From assembly GCF_008831285.2 (NCBI RefSeq), contig NC_045138.2, positions 40,858,001-40,922,000 of the forward strand: a stretch of 64,000 bases of DNA. Direction: 5' to 3'. Every line of letters begins with the position of its first letter. Positions within the stretch are counted from its first letter, which is position 1. The position numbers and the translations under genes are program-made. The notes below the pieces were generated by a model. It was not told the origin of the DNA. It did not search any database and saw only the letters and a program-made list of their open reading frames with translations. The stretch comes from Nymphaea colorata (lineage: Eukaryota). Shown in pieces: positions 13,007 to 27,789 of this stretch.

Positions 13007-16000
13007 TAAAGTTAATGGCTAAAATCATTGAATTCATCATTAAAAAAGCCATAAAAACGTTGTATTTTTTTTTTACCAACGACTTTTTAAATTTTAACCA
13101 TCGAAGAAGATCTCATGCACGACTTATATACAAGAATTTTGATCATATATATATATATATAATGATTCGGTTTATGTAGAGTCACTTAGCTGAGTGAGAA
13201 TAGGAAAGAAAAACAATGAACAAAAATAAATACACTTTTATCAAGTAGTATTATCTAAAGTCACTTAAACAATGAAAGTGAGAAGTAAATTTATCGATAG
13301 AAACATTTAAGAACATTTTGATAATATGAGAAGGCTGGTGAACATAAACAATCAAGGTGTTGATAAAGCAGCGGGTGGAGCGAAGCAAATGTGTCAAGAC
13401 TTCATCCACAGGTCGTCGGGAACTCTGGAAAAAGATAGGAGGCCTCACTTGAACAGTAGCCAGCCAATTACTCGATTGATTGAACGAGGGCCACACAAAC
13501 AACTTTAACTTTATAACTTCCATAAGACTGGAACCCTCATCAATCCGATGCTTGTGGGCTTCCTTATATGTTAAGTGCATCTGATGTACATATACATATT
13601 TGTGACATACAAAAAAAATTTATTTGGTATATGTTGGTACCTTATGATGAAGATTATATTAAAAAAACAGATTTTGACTAGTATTGTGTGTGTGTTCTAG
13701 AGAAAGGTTATGCTAATGTATAAGTTCTACTTCCCTCAATTCCCCTGCTTTCAATGCTATGGGATGCGTTGGCATCGACGGTGGTAGCAATACATTACAT
13801 CCATCAACTTAAATGTCGTGTCCCACCACTTTAACATGCATGCAAGAACATAACATCCATGGTAATCAAATTAGAAACCTGATATTAATAGATCGGACCA
13901 GCTATGCTTTACCTTTAAAGCATGTCCGTCAAGTACTTAATCTCTGCTATATAACTTGGACATGAACAACTTAATTTTTCATGAAAATTAAAAAAAAAAG
14001 TTTTAAAATAGAGATAATGGGTGGGTGGAGAAATATGATGTCCCAAGGACACAAGTCCCATCCGATTTTTAAAATTTATTAATTTATAATATTTTAATGG
14101 ATTTCCATTAAATGTATAAAAAATTATAAGCAGGTTAATGCTACAAGCCGTTCCTGAACTTATAAAATTTTCTAGAGGAATCGAGCATTAGAAAAGGCTA
14201 TATAGGAGATATATTTATAAACAAATAACTAAGGAAAGACATACAATTTGAAATAATAAAGGTGAATAATGATAAAAAAATAAAGAATATTTCATAAAAA
14301 TAAGTTTGGCTTTTGAATTAGAAACAAGAACATCGAACATTTTAAGACAAGATATGTTCCCGCTTTTCAATAGAAGGGTACTTTTAGAATTTTGTAAATA
14401 GAAAATTTTGAATTTCATTTTTGCCCTTGTAAAGGGGTCTTCCGCTTAACTAACAGGAGCATTTTGGTCAATTTTGAAGACAAAAATATATTTTATCAAT
14501 CAAAGGAGGAGTGGTTTTATGTGAAGGGTGCTTTCGTCATTCTATATAAGTTGAGGGAGGTCATTTATGATTTACCTGAATGTTATGTTATTTCTTATTA
14601 TAATTTTTAAGAAAATTCTTTTCTTAGGGTAAATTTATTTGAAGGAGGTTATTTTTATGCCATTTTACTTGTGACAAACTTATTGGATTCATGTTAAAAC
14701 TAAAATTATTCTTAATTAAAAGAAAACTAATAAAATAAAAAAGTTGAAAACAGAATCAACCTTTGAAGTGCTTTTAAGTTTCAATGTCATATTCAATCAG
14801 CCGTTTGAAAGGCATAAAAGGAAAAAACGGTTGCACAGAAAGAAAGAGATTCAAACCTATCCGCACTTCTATCGTGCGACCCAAAATCACACGCTTTCCG
14901 TCGCATCACGGCAAGAAAATGGAAACGCTTCGCGTTTATATGAAATAGGCTCAAACTGTAAGGCCAAAAAATTAAAATTAATATATTATTCACCTAATAT
15001 TAAAATTAATATATATTGTAAGGCGAAAAAGTTTGTCACATCCGACATGTGAAGGGGAATAAATTAATATTAAAAAATTAATTTCAGTGCCGCAGATTGG
15101 ATTAAAAACTTTTTGTAAAAGGCGATGAGGTTTTCGAAGAGCAGGACCGAAAGGATCCACACTTAACCGAAAAAGACAAGATGCCCTCACGCCTTTTTTT
15201 TTTTTTTTTGAAGTCAGTTTCGAGAGCTCAATTTTAATCATTTTAAATTATTTTCTTCAGATCAAAAGATAAGAAAATAGGATAATGCGGTTGGATACTT
15301 ATCGGCTGATGTGTCATATTAATGAACAGACGGATACATCCCCAATACCATTATTTATAAATTGGTTGAAGTTGAAACTTGGACATACCTAGCTAGTTAT
15401 ATGTCTTTAAATAAATGCTTTGGGAACCATATTATACGTTTTTATCTTGTAAAGTTATTCTATATAAGATACATTTGGGGTGCATTTGACTGCTCTATCC
15501 AAAGTGATTTGAGAACTATAAATTTAAGATTAAACTCTTCTTACTTTGAGCGTTGCCAAGATTTTCTTCAAGACACAGTCCAACCTTTGGATTTAAGTAG
15601 GGCCAAACTGAATTCAAATCTAAAACATACATAGCGTAATTTCAAAAATTTATTTTTTTCAATATATATATTTTTTTCATGGGTGGGGCCATGGCCTAGG
15701 CACCCCCCTCCCCCTTCCCTCTGTCCTTGAGTGCAGATCTTAGCACATAAAAATGTCCTTAGTTTGCTAAAATATAGATTCAACAACTTAATTGTGCAAG
15801 GTTGTCTAAGAAGTTAACACCCACAAAAATTGAACCAGCAACTGGCCGCCTACTAATTGTTGTCTCGACCAGCTATCCAAAACCCTTAGAGCTTAATTAT
15901 ATCCTGGACATACATAACATATACAAGTTTCATCTTGTTTCTCTTATTGTATGGTTGCAATTAATTACCTGGTGACTTGAAATATATTTGTATATATGTT

Positions 16001-17354
16001 GTGACACATGGGTAGAGTTCATTTATTTTCATGAAGTTTATAACATAGCTAATGTAGAGGAAAATGCATAGTAGGAGCCAAAATAAGGAGTATTCATATA
16101 ACATAAGTAGGAAACATGTATTTGCTACAAATGCTTACGGATAGGGTTCTGTTGGAATCTTGTATATTGGTGGCAGAAATTTGTTCTACATAATTACAAG
16201 CCTATACATAAGATTTTGTTTCTGTTTTTTGCTGAATATTTTAGTTTAAGATTGTAAAATAAGATGTAGCTTTAATGAGGACATTTTGGATTCCTGCATC
16301 ACCAAAAAAGAAACTTAACTGGTGTTGGACTTCAAGAAAGATAGGTGCATTATGGTTTTAAGATTTTTCCATAATCATCACGAACTTGGCTATGTTTTAG
16401 ATTCATATTTATTCCTCATTTGATTTTCACATTTTTCAAATTCATGTGTGCATTCAAGAAACCTAATAATCAATTTGAAGAAATATCTAATCTTATTCGG
16501 TCAACAAAAACTTATTGACACATTAAACACATTCGTTTACTTCTTGAGTTTTTGGACGTAAAAACTTCATCTATATGATTAATTATTTGAAATCTCAAGA
16601 CCATACGAGCTCATCTTTCTAATCCACGATGGTACAATCAAGGGTGAAAGCGTCCTTCTACTCCATTAACAGATTTATTTATGTTGATCTATTTTTTTAG
16701 TTTTAGATATTGTTGGTGATCGACCATTGAAAAACAGCATGTTACACGCAGCAAATTCAAAATGAAAAGATGAACATTGTGGAAAAATATTTGTAACATG
16801 ATTGCCGCCTGTTCAAACGAGTGATAAGAACACTTGCAAAGGGGTTGAATCCAGTAAAAGAGTTTTGCAATTTGTCACTGTCTCCAACCCAAACTAATTC
16901 CAACTCTCAACATGTTCAACTGATTCTAATCCGAACCACTTCCTATCTCTACCAATTCACAGTGAAGCATGAACAACTTTTTGATCAGTTGAAAGGAAGC
17001 TCCCAACGATCTCCGAAAACTGATCACAGAGGAGGCCATGTTTGTCATTATAAGCAAAAAGAATAATTTACTCGCAGTGAAACGACAATCAGCGAGAAAC
17101 GCGTTCCTCGGCAGGTGAACACGTAGTCAAGCCAGTGCTCGCAAGTCATTGATTGCGAGCACTAAAAATTTTAAAGGAAAAAGAGTTATACCACCAAATC
17201 GAGGAAGAAAAAGGGCAGGTGGAGCAGGTTTCTTTTTTTGCCATCCCCTGTGTGTGCTCTATAAGAGCCTTGCTGAGTCCACTGTCTTTTCATCACCGAC
17301 TCTCACCATCTTCTTGCGTGGAAAGAAGTGCTGGTGGTGTTTCAGAGAGAAAGA

Positions 17355-19726
17355 ATGGCAACCATCACCATTCCTCACCCTGTTCCTCCACCAACAGAGG
17401 ACGCTGAGAGGCTCAAGAAGGCCTTCCAAGGTATCTTCATAACTACCCAGGATCCTCTGCTGATGCTTTCTCTGTTTATCCTGTAAAAGAATGCGTGTTG
17501 TTTCTTTCTCTTTTTGATCTTTCCGACCAAGTTGTAGGTTTTTTTTATCTTTTTGGTCCTTGATGGGGAGGATCGTCCATTTTCCTTTACTCACATTGAG
17601 ATTATTAAAATGGCCGTGTTTTTTGGTCTTGGTGTTTAGATGTTCCTCTGTTTCTGCATGATCGAGAAAGGTCCTTAGTTCTCTGTTTTAGAACGGTCTG
17701 ATCATGGAAGAAACTGCAATCAGCAAGGACAAACACAATCTAGACGTGTTTTAATCTTCTCTTTAGTTCACGATAACGAAGCCGATCATGCATTTCTCAT
17801 AAAACCTCTGAACTCGGCATGATATTTTGTTGACGTTTCTAAAGATGATCGGTAATGGTGGTACTGATTCATCATAAAACATGCAGGGTGGGGCACGGAT
17901 GAGAAGGCCGTCATATCTGTCTTGGCTCACAGGAACGCTGCTCAACGCAACGCTATCAGACAGGCTTACCAAGAACTGTATGGTGAGGATCTCATCAAAC
18001 GTCTGGAGAAAGAATTATCTGGCGACTTCGAGGTTACAATCCGAAACATCTTGAGTATTTCGTCTGCATACGTGTTCCTGAACATGGTTCAACAATAAAA
18101 CGTAAACTCCTCTGTCTGTTGTTTTATGATTTCCTGTGCCAGAGAGCTGTTTATCGATGGATGCATGATCCGGTCGAGAGAGAGGCGATCATAGCGAATG
18201 TGGCAGTCAAGAAGGAGATAGATTACAGGGTCATAGTGGAGTTGGCTGCCGCTCGATCCTCAAATGAACTCTTGGCGATAAGGCAGGCCTACCATGCTCG
18301 TTACAAGTGTTCTCTTGAAGAGGATGTTGCTGCTCACTCTCATGGCGATCTTCGCAAGGTATGTACTCTGTCATCCTTGTAATGTTTCCATTAGCAGTAG
18401 GAAGATAAGTTCCTACGAGCTGGTAGGAGCCAGAGAAGTTTTCAATGAGAACCCTAGAATGGCACAGATCGGCCATTTTAGGGGTCCCATTTTAAAGGAA
18501 GGCCCTTCATATGCCCCACACCATGATGATGATAGCCACGAAATGGGGCTTTATATGGCTTGATAGAACTTGATCCTTTTCTTCTAGGCTGGCTTCCTTG
18601 ACATGTTGTACTTTTTCAACCATTTAAATGTTATGTGTATCCGCACTTCTTCTTCCATCATAAGGGTGCACATGAGAAACATAATATATGTACTAAATGT
18701 GATGTGGGTTTTGCAGCTTCTTGTAGGACTTGTCACTGCGTATAGGTATGAAGGTCCAGAAGTGGATGCAAACCTTGCAAAATCTGAGTCGAAGACCCTC
18801 AGGACTGCTATTGATGGCAAGGCATACAACCATGAAGAGGTCATCCGTATCTTGACAACCAGGAGCAAAGCACAGCTCAGAGCTACCTTTAACAGATACA
18901 AAGATGACTACAACAATTTTATCACTAAGGCCTCTCTCTCTCCCTTTCCCCAACTCAAATTTGTTTATTGTTCAAAAAGTTCTAATATAGAAGTTATAAT
19001 GTTGATGGTTATGGCTATTTCAGGATCTGAAGGCCACCGCTGATGAATTTCTTTCAGCATTGCGAGCAGTGATCAGATCCATCTATGCTCCTCACAACTA
19101 TTATGAAAAGGTAAATCTTGTGAACAAAGAATCTGCCATATTCAGACATGATTTGCATTCGAAGTTAGAGATCAACAAGTTGTTCAATGGGCACCTGAAC
19201 ATTTGCACTCATCTACATGCATAAACTTGCCTTTTGCCTGTCATTCTTTGGTCGATCAAAGGGAAGGCTGCCATGCTTGTGGAAGGATTCTTCTCCGTGT
19301 TGTTCGTGATCTAATTGAGTGCAACAGGCGGTTCACTTCTGTTATTGAGACATATTGATCCGTTCTTGGTCGATCATACATGTTCCTCATGGCCTCTGTT
19401 TGTTTATAATTATATAACAGATAGTCATTACCAAGCATGACAGCGTGTGTGAAGCTCATGCATTACGCCATTTCTTATAATTCTTCAAGTTCCATAACTT
19501 CCCACTGTCTCTGCACTCATAGGTACTGCGACTGTCGGTGAACAAGGGGACTGATGAAGATGCTTTGACTCGAGTGATTGTCACACGCGCTGAGTTCGAC
19601 CTCAAGAATATACAGGAAGAGTATTTCAATAGGAGCAGCATCACCCTCGATCAGGTGGTTTCTAAGAAGACTTCTGGTGATTACAGGGAATTCCTCCTTG
19701 CCTTGCTGGGTACCGGGAAATACTAG
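17355..19726 (+). CDS. ANN: Annexin (plant type, four annexin repeats), 6 exons, about 313 aa
   Basis: Exons 17355-17430, 17887-18032, 18143-18358, 18717-18929 (probable GC donor), 19024-19110 and 19523-19726. Motifs: [41 protein letters not shown] and [16 protein letters not shown]. Confidence 0.93.
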
Positions 19727-20227
19727 AGCCGAGGAACCGTCACCGTGGTCGTCTGTTTGATGCACTCTTTAGTTCTGTGTGTTGCTTTTTGTGGGAAGTC
19801 TTGATGGCTTCGGATGTTATAAGTGAATAATGTTGAACTCTATGAGGTGTGCTTTTTCATATGAGATAATGCAGAGACTCGTGTGTGGTTCATCTTAAAA
19901 ATGTGTGTTGCCCATATCAGATCTACTTTTAATAATGCCACAACCCCGTGATTCACTTCTATGGCCGACTGAACTTTGCTCCCACCTTTGGCGGTTTGCT
20001 GGAGGCAAAGCCATCCAATTTTCCTTTTCTTGCTTTGACGGTTTTCAGGGTTAGGGCTGCTTTTGATTTATGATACATCTTTTAATTTGTCTTTTAATTA
20101 AATTGCTTTTGGTCTATGGTACATCTTTTAGTTCAAGTCTTTTACTTTAATTCAAGTGTGTAGTCACTATTTGTATTTTATAAAAGTAGCGCTCATGAAC
20201 ACCAAGCAGTGTTTCATTTCACTTTTC

Positions 20228-20314
20228 TTTCTTTCAATTTGTTTGAGTTGATGAGTTATCAGTTTGATTTTTCTTTCAATTTGTTTGAGTTGATGAGTTA
20301 TCAGTTTGATTTTT
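20228..20314. repeat. 42-bp tandem repeat, 2 copies
   Basis: The unit TTTCTTTCAATTTGTTTGAGTTGATGAGTTATCAGTTTGATT recurs with period 42. Confidence 0.92.
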
Positions 20315-20916
20315 ATGGGTACTACTCTTTTGATATTGCAAATGATGTGATACAATCATACATATTGGTTGGTGGGTGTCGTGCTTTTCAGTCAGGTCTC
20401 ACAGCATTCTCTGCACCTCAACCGGCAACGATAAAAGGGGAGTTAAAGAGGCGAGAGGGGATGGGGCGGTCTTCGCCATTAAAATCCCATTTTCTTTGTT
20501 ATTTTGCTTCCCATTGTTTTTGGTTGCCTCGGATTCATTTTCATTCCAATTATTGTTCAGTGCATCTTGCCCATTTGTTAATGGCTGTGCTTGCTCGATA
20601 CGGGGAATAATCAGTGCCGAACCCGAACGTTTTGGTTAAAAGGACAAAAGCACCTCCTCCTGCACTGCACCGCCCTCGCTCGGAGCCACTGACGAGGTGT
20701 CACTGCCCTGCACCAGGCTCTTGTACGGGCTCCCGTGATCGACTGAATCTATCTTCAATGGCACTTCAGAGGATGGGCCCGATCTTGAACGGTGGAGGAG
20801 GTTTGCGACAGACTTGCACGCGCGGTAAACGAGACGCCCTCCATTAGAACACTCCCAAAAACTTTGTCTCACTTCTTGTAGAAAAAAATTAGGGGAGAGG
20901 GGGAAGGCGTGCGATG

Positions 20917-21457
20917 GAGCTCAGCTTGACTCATCTCTTTCTGTTCGAGCTCAAGTGCAGCTCTTCACTAGTATATTTCTCTGTTTGAGCTCAAGTGGGG
21001 CTTTAGAAGGTTAGCATATTTAAGCCTGTGAATTGAAACCTAACTAAGCTCAAGCTTGATAATCTTTTAACCCGATGTGTGCTTGATAGCAATCTAGTTA
21101 GATCATTAAAATATGGTGCAGCACCTAAGCACCACGTTGCTATGATACGAAGGAGGCAGCAGCTGAGGAGGGAACGACGGAGGAAAAAGACAAAAAAGAA
21201 AAAAAGAAAAAAATCCGTAAGTTGCAACGACTTCATGGTATATAGATCTAAGATCCATATTCAAAACACTAAAGTTACGCAAGTCTACTGCGTTTAATCA
21301 AGTTGAGTTTGTGTAACTCGAACTCAATTAGTGGACAAATTTGAGTTTTAGTTTAATCTCAGACTGGACTGGTTTAACAAATAAGTGGAGCTCCGTTCGA
21401 GCTTAACCGAGCAAGTTCCAGTCATCCCGAATGGGCACAACTCATTGGATACCCCTA
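20917..21457. mobile_element. Degenerate hAT-type non-autonomous element (AGCTC/CTCGA-rich family)
   Basis: Many GAGCTCAAG/CTCGAAC subterminal-like motifs shared with 37390-37702. The right end is ...GGATACCCCTA. The left boundary is approximate. Confidence 0.5.
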
Positions 21458-21515
21458 AGTTGATGAAGGAGGAAGCACAACTCATTGGATACCCCCAAGT
21501 TTATGAATGAGGAAG
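21435..21515. repeat. 40-bp tandem repeat, 2 copies
   Basis: GCACAACTCATTGGATACCCC(T/C)AAGTT(G/T)ATGAA(G/T)GAGGAA recurs with period 40. Confidence 0.9.
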
Positions 21516-22568
21516 AAAAGCGGAAGAGGTAACCAATGTAAATAATTTAGATTCAGGTTGGATTCCGTCTTTAGCGTTTCAGATTTTGCAGGATTAGATT
21601 CAAATTAAAAATGGGTTTCAAGCATAAAATCCAACATATAAATGTTGGATTTTTATTGCATGTTGGAAGAATATCATACTCAAATTTTAAATTCTATCAT
21701 AAAACTAGACACAGTATTTGAATTCAATTAGTAAACATTAAATCTAAAATCCTCCTGGAGGAGAAGATTGAAAGGGCAGGTCGGTGATGGCTGGTTTAAA
21801 CGGTGGACTCGCTGGTTTGAATGGTGGACCGCGGATGATGCAGTGGAAGTCGGCTTTAATGGCGTCCAAGAGAAGGGAAACTGAGTATAAACAAGAGCAA
21901 CTTGCTGAGAAGTTTAGGAAGAGATGAGGGGAAGGTGAGTAAAGAAAAAAAAATAGAAAGCATCAACCTGGCATCAGGAATATTGGTTCAGGGAGGATTT
22001 AAATTTGCTGGATGGATGTTGTCAGATGTTTAAAAATAAAAATTCTCTCACTAGAAAACAGTCATGACAAGAATGTTAACAATGGTTTATGATGCAATGA
22101 CACTTGTGTCTTTAGCAACGTTTATGGTGATTTCAGCAAGAGATTTTTATTCATCAATCTACCCCACCCAAGTCTTCTCAACAATAAAGTCCATAGACTA
22201 GCATTCTTGTCTTCAAGGGAAATAGAAAAAGGAAAAAGCCCTTTGACAGGAATTCAGAAGGAAAACAACAATCTAACGAACGAATGCTTGAAATAGCATA
22301 ACAAAAAGCCACTTATCATCTGCAACACGGACTAAAACAAGAGAACGATGACACAATCTTCTCCTGAACCAAAAAAAAAAAAACCCTCACCAACAAGTAT
22401 GTTCTAGAAACAGATCACCAAAGTAGTTCTCAGGGAATTTCCTGTACAAGCTGACTATGAGGTTTATAGCTATTCGATTATTGATGACCATGACTCAACC
22501 CTTTTCCCCCATCCGTTAATTGTTTTTTGGCTTTTGCTCTGTTCTTACTGTGGCAGAGAAAACATCTA

Positions 22569-25500
22569 CTACTTCTTACGAGCCAAAGCTGCAGCAATTC
22601 CGCCAACTACGATTCCTGTTACAGTTGCTGCAATGCCAATGCCGATGACACCATCTGTTGAAAGAGCGTCGTTTGTTAGCGTCTTATTACATTTCTAATT
22701 AAATGCTGCTGAGTCAAGACAAGTAATCTAGTGGAGAATCAATCCAATCCTCACCTTTGGCGATTCTATCTTCAACCACCTTCTTAAGAGATTGTGCCTG
22801 ACGAAAATCTGGGGAGATCTGCGAGTACACAATGGCCAAACATTTCAGATTAACACAGTAAAAATAAGTTAATAAAATAATGAAAATCACAAAAAGATTA
22901 GAACGATTAATACATGGTTTTGCAGTACCTAGATTTGTCACATTTAGGACATCTATCTGGAGCCATGCATTGAGATGGAAATATGGTTTCTATGCGCTTG
23001 GCAAACAATGATTTTCAATTTATGGAGAACACCTCAAAAGCTATTTCGAAACAACTATCTATTTTCAAATTCTGAGCAACACAAAAAGGAGCTTGATAAA
23101 CATTTTACTAGTTTGCAGGAAAAAATGAAGCCACACCAATGCATTGTGTTTATCAATAACTACCTGTTCAGGATGATGTTGGAATATGGCTTTGATGATA
23201 GTGCCAAATTATCAGCTACACCTATAATGTAGTATTTTGGCAACACTAGTGCGGCCAAACGTAAGAATGCCTTGTGGGAACTGCAGCCATTCTATATTGC
23301 GTATAAAGATCGTGTTCCAATTCCAAAGCGGTTCATGCATGGTTTTAATTATCTAGACCTTCATTCACGCTGAAAACCAATAAGTTCAATAACCTTTACC
23401 CCATAGCACCATGATATAATCCAAGTTCTCTCCCAAAAGTTACAGGAATATTTATAGGTTCATTAATTTGAAATTTTGAACATTGAAAAATAACAATGGT
23501 GCTAACTAAATGCACAACCTCCACCTTACAGATACAAAGAGAACATGCAGACACCATTTTGATGAATGAAATTGGGAAACTGTCATCAGCGTTGGTGAGG
23601 ACTGAGGTAATTGGTTACATCAACATACAATCACCATGACTGAATTGTCTAATTGGATAACATGCCCAAACCTTCAATTAATAAAATGGTGAGTTCACAA
23701 ATCCAGATTATTCAGAGTTCTGCATCAGATGCCAAATGTAACACGAAAGCTGTAGAAGTAATTGTAATAATAATAATAAATAATAACAATAATAACTCAA
23801 AGAAGAAGAAGACAAACCATCCATGTTCCAGTCTTCCAGATGATTTGGACTCTGGAGTTCATTCATACATGTTATCGTAGCTTCAACTTTTGACGGCCAT
23901 GGAAAATATTGAAGGTCCTATAGGAACGAGATTGATACATACCTCCAATGATTGATCCAAAAGATTCCGGCTTCGAGAGTAGTCTCCACTTCTATAGTAT
24001 CCCACAGCCAGAAGATAGAGCTTCTCCCTTTTCTGGAGAGGGCTGCTCGCGCTATCCAGAGCAACTGAAGAAAAAGTTGGTGTTTGTATAAGTTTTAAGA
24101 AACAATAAATTTTTACACGATCATCTGAATCATGCATAGTAGCTTTTCCAATGAACAACGTGTCAAAGCCTAATATAATTGCCAGGAGGGAAGAAAGCAA
24201 AATCCTATGAGATTTAAATCTTAGGAAGAAAAGAAACAGATTCCACAAATATAAACCTTCTAGCATAGCGATTCCACGCTGCACATCCTCAGGCTGCTTT
24301 GAATGAACAAGTGCCCAAGATAGCCTCATTATGCTATCATTCTTGTTTTCAGCCGAGTCGCCAGCTCCTCCTTCTGCAACTTCTCGCTCACAGCCCTAAA
24401 TTCCATTAAGGCAGGGAAGCAGAATGTAAGCAACAAATATAGAACCCTATAGCAGAAAAAAAATTAACATACCTACAGTAAAAGGTCAGATGAATAGAAG
24501 AACCCAGAGGAATTTAAAGCAAATGGAAGATACAACTGTAATAATAACATGCTTTAAGGCTTCTATGTTGATGTTCTAAGCAGAGGGGTCCTAGAGTTAC
24601 AATGTCCATGTCTTTGTTAGATTTGGTAATTGTGCTAATTTATTAAATAATTGTGTACTGATAGATTTGATAATTGTGTTAGATAGAAACATGTTACATT
24701 TGATAAAATAACCATTTTATTAAATTTGATAATTGATGTTGACAAATATAAATAGCAAAATGAAGAACATAAGAAACATGTTTCTTGGATTTGACAATTG
24801 TGTCAAAAACAGTGTTTGCCGTAAAACTTTACGCTGCAATTTTCATGGTTGTCCTTGCTATTCTGTAATTTAAAGGACAACTTCTAGTTGGACTCGATAC
24901 ACGAGCTTGCAAGTATTGAACAGGAGTAAGCATTTACTTTTATGTTTAAACAAAAGGGGAAAGGTCAACGCCTGTAACTCTTAAATAATCACATGTCAAA
25001 CATTAACATCGAGAAATTTGTAATCCTCTTGAAACGTTCATATAGTTGATACCATGAACATGATTGTTGAGAATAAAAGATATGACCATTACAAAGTGAA
25101 AAGGAATAACATACGACAGAAAACATATGAAAATTTTGGAAAATCAGAAGAAAGGCCTAAGAAGCATCTGAGCAATCCAAAGGTAACTAGAAATATTAGA
25201 AATAGGCATCAGTTTGAAAATAGAAAGAGGGTCAATTTTCAAAACTGCTTCAACAAGATAATGTTTAAAGGGAACTCTAGGATACCTAAATTCTTGAACG
25301 ATAGTTCCACGGACCTATTTGATGTTGTAGCACAAAATGAGATTTTCTGAGATTTCTAATCTATCACATCCATGCTACCAAATATCCGATAGGTGAAAGT
25401 GAAACTCTCCTCATCTTCCCAAGACATTTGAGATGAGAAACAAAAACTATATTACTTCCTAAATATTTAAACATTCCAAAAGTTAAAGAGTTTGTGCGGT

Positions 25501-26257
25501 ATTACCAAAATTCGAAATTTTCAACTTCTCATTTTTTTTATGCATTTTTAGGCTATTTACATAGAACAATTTCCCCAAAGCTTTGAAATTTTTTGCAAGG
25601 CCTTCCCTCACCAAAGAAACCCTTCTGTAGAAACTCCGTAACATTTCATCACGACACTATGCTGTTGAACACAAAAGTAGTTCTCGTCTATCTCTGCAAC
25701 CATAAATCTGATTCGTCCATTATAGGATGCTGCTAGAGAATAAAAGAACAACAAAAAATGCCAAACAATTTTAGCCCCAATTACAATGCCATTCATTGAT
25801 CATCAAAGTCCGTGACCGATTTCAATGGTACTGAACACAAGATCCTGATCTAAACTGAGAATCCCAATCTAGAAAAAGCAACGTGACTCCGCAGAAATCG
25901 AACTTATATAACCAAAGCATCACAACCCAACATCTTTAATCAGTAACAATCCAACAATCAACTCCTATAATTCCCCCAAGCCCCTTCTTTATCCCAATTC
26001 GGGATGACAACAGCTAGAACCTGAGGTTCCAACCAGGGTAAAGAAATACCACCAACCTAAAAAGCAAAACAAAAGGAACCCATAAGCCCGCCTCTGGGAT
26101 TTGGGGCTTGCAAGGAGCGGTCAGACGGCAGGAATGGTAAAAGTGGAAGAAGAAACAGACTCACAGCTATGATGGTTCGATCCGTCCAGGGGAGTTGGTC
26201 TCCGCCGGTGAAGAAGTTGCCAACGGATTCGAAGAATTTGCCAATCTTAGCATCCAT
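22569..26257 (-). CDS. FIS1: Mitochondrial/peroxisomal fission protein FIS1, 5 exons, 167 aa
   Basis: Exons 26257-26165, 24395-24257, 24064-23943, 22818-22755 and 22654-22569 are GT-AG and total 504 nt. Motifs: MDAKIGKFFESVGNFFTGGDQLPW, MRLSWALVHS...DVQRGIAMLE and the TPR-like REKLYLLAVGYYRSGDYSRSR. The C-terminal tail anchor is GVIGIGIAATVTGIVVGGIAAALARKK*. Confidence 0.95.
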
Positions 26258-27789
26258 GGCGATGGAAAGAGCACAAAAAACGACAGACGAAGAAGACGAT
26301 GAAGAAGAAATCTTCGGATTTTCTTTGTTAGCGTTGGGTTTTAAATGTGGAGACTTGGAGCTCCTGCAATGTCAGGACCTTTTTGACATCGTTGAAGTCA
26401 ATATTTATTTATGTTTTTCCTTTCTAAAGAAGGCTTCACCTATTTGCGTTCTTTCCGTGCGGAGGAAGTCGATTCGCTGATTGGGCTTTCTAAAATGAAG
26501 AAAATAATTTTATAAGACAAATTCAATTCGCTGATAGGTGAACTTAATATGCAGTGATATTTTTTGTAGCCTGCCTTTTGCCTGTAATTTAGAAAATTTG
26601 CTTGTTAGGATGTTTTTTTTATCGGAGATATATTTTCATACAAATGGGCAAAACAAAACTCCAATTCCAGTTGTGTCCATTAAAAAAAAATATTAACTAA
26701 AAAAACTTAATTGAAGAATTGCAGCTAATATTCCCAGATTGGCAAAAAATTATTTTATATTCCTCTTTGACATTTTCTATGAAAAATATAATTTCTACTG
26801 AAAAATTACAAAATTTAAACTTCTTAAAAATATACCCAAAAAGAAAAATTCCCCTAATGTATATGTGAAGAAATAATTTATCATTTCAAGCTTGCTCACG
26901 AAGTCGTGAATACACCATCAGTCGACCAATCTACTGTAAACTCAGCTTTTGAACACAAGCGCATCGCTTTCTAAATGCAACTTTGCTTTGAAATATTTTT
27001 GTATGATAAAATTTAATAAATTGGATATGTTGAATTCCCAAACCAAATTATGAATCTATTTAACTGAATCTAGTAAAGGAATCTCGATCCAGTTACCAGT
27101 CGATTCAGATTCCATATACCATTTCATAGGGGGATCCAAGTCCAAATCTGAAATCCGATTATTATTTGCAAAAGTTCATCTCAATTACTTATAAATATAA
27201 ATCTGATAAATGTATGCAAAGTTTCGTCTCAAATAAGTATAAACATTGGATCTCACGCTAGCCGGATTTGTTTCTTAAAAAAAAAAGCCTCATATGAATT
27301 TGAACCCAAATCCAAACCTAGTTACATAGAATTCGAGATTGGATCCTGCTAGAATTCGACCAATTACATCCCTACGATTGCGTCACCAACGCAAGAGCAG
27401 AGCAGGTAGACGTGTAAACGTTGGCCTGGCCACAAGGGGCCGGATAAATGAATGGCAGAATATATACATATTTGAGATATCATTTTTCAAAATTTTTATA
27501 TAGAATAAATGAAAATTTTAAAATTTTATATGTAATTTTAATAATTTTTTAAACTGAAATATTTATGTTCAAAAGCATCATCCTCACATCAAAATCCATA
27601 CTTTTCCATATGACAACAAACGATTTGCAAACTAGCTAAACAAATCGGATAGCAATACATTTTCATTATGTCAGACACCGTCGTCATGTGTCCATGATTG
27701 AGGAAGAAGCATGTGTTTCCAAACGAGTACGTAGAAGAAATCACAAAAAGGTGGTTAAAATTTGAGCAGAGAACATATCTCTCTTCAAA

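Noticed and set aside
20560..20880. GC-richer patch with short ORFs between annexin and FIS1
   Set aside because: No recognisable product, splice structure or element ends.
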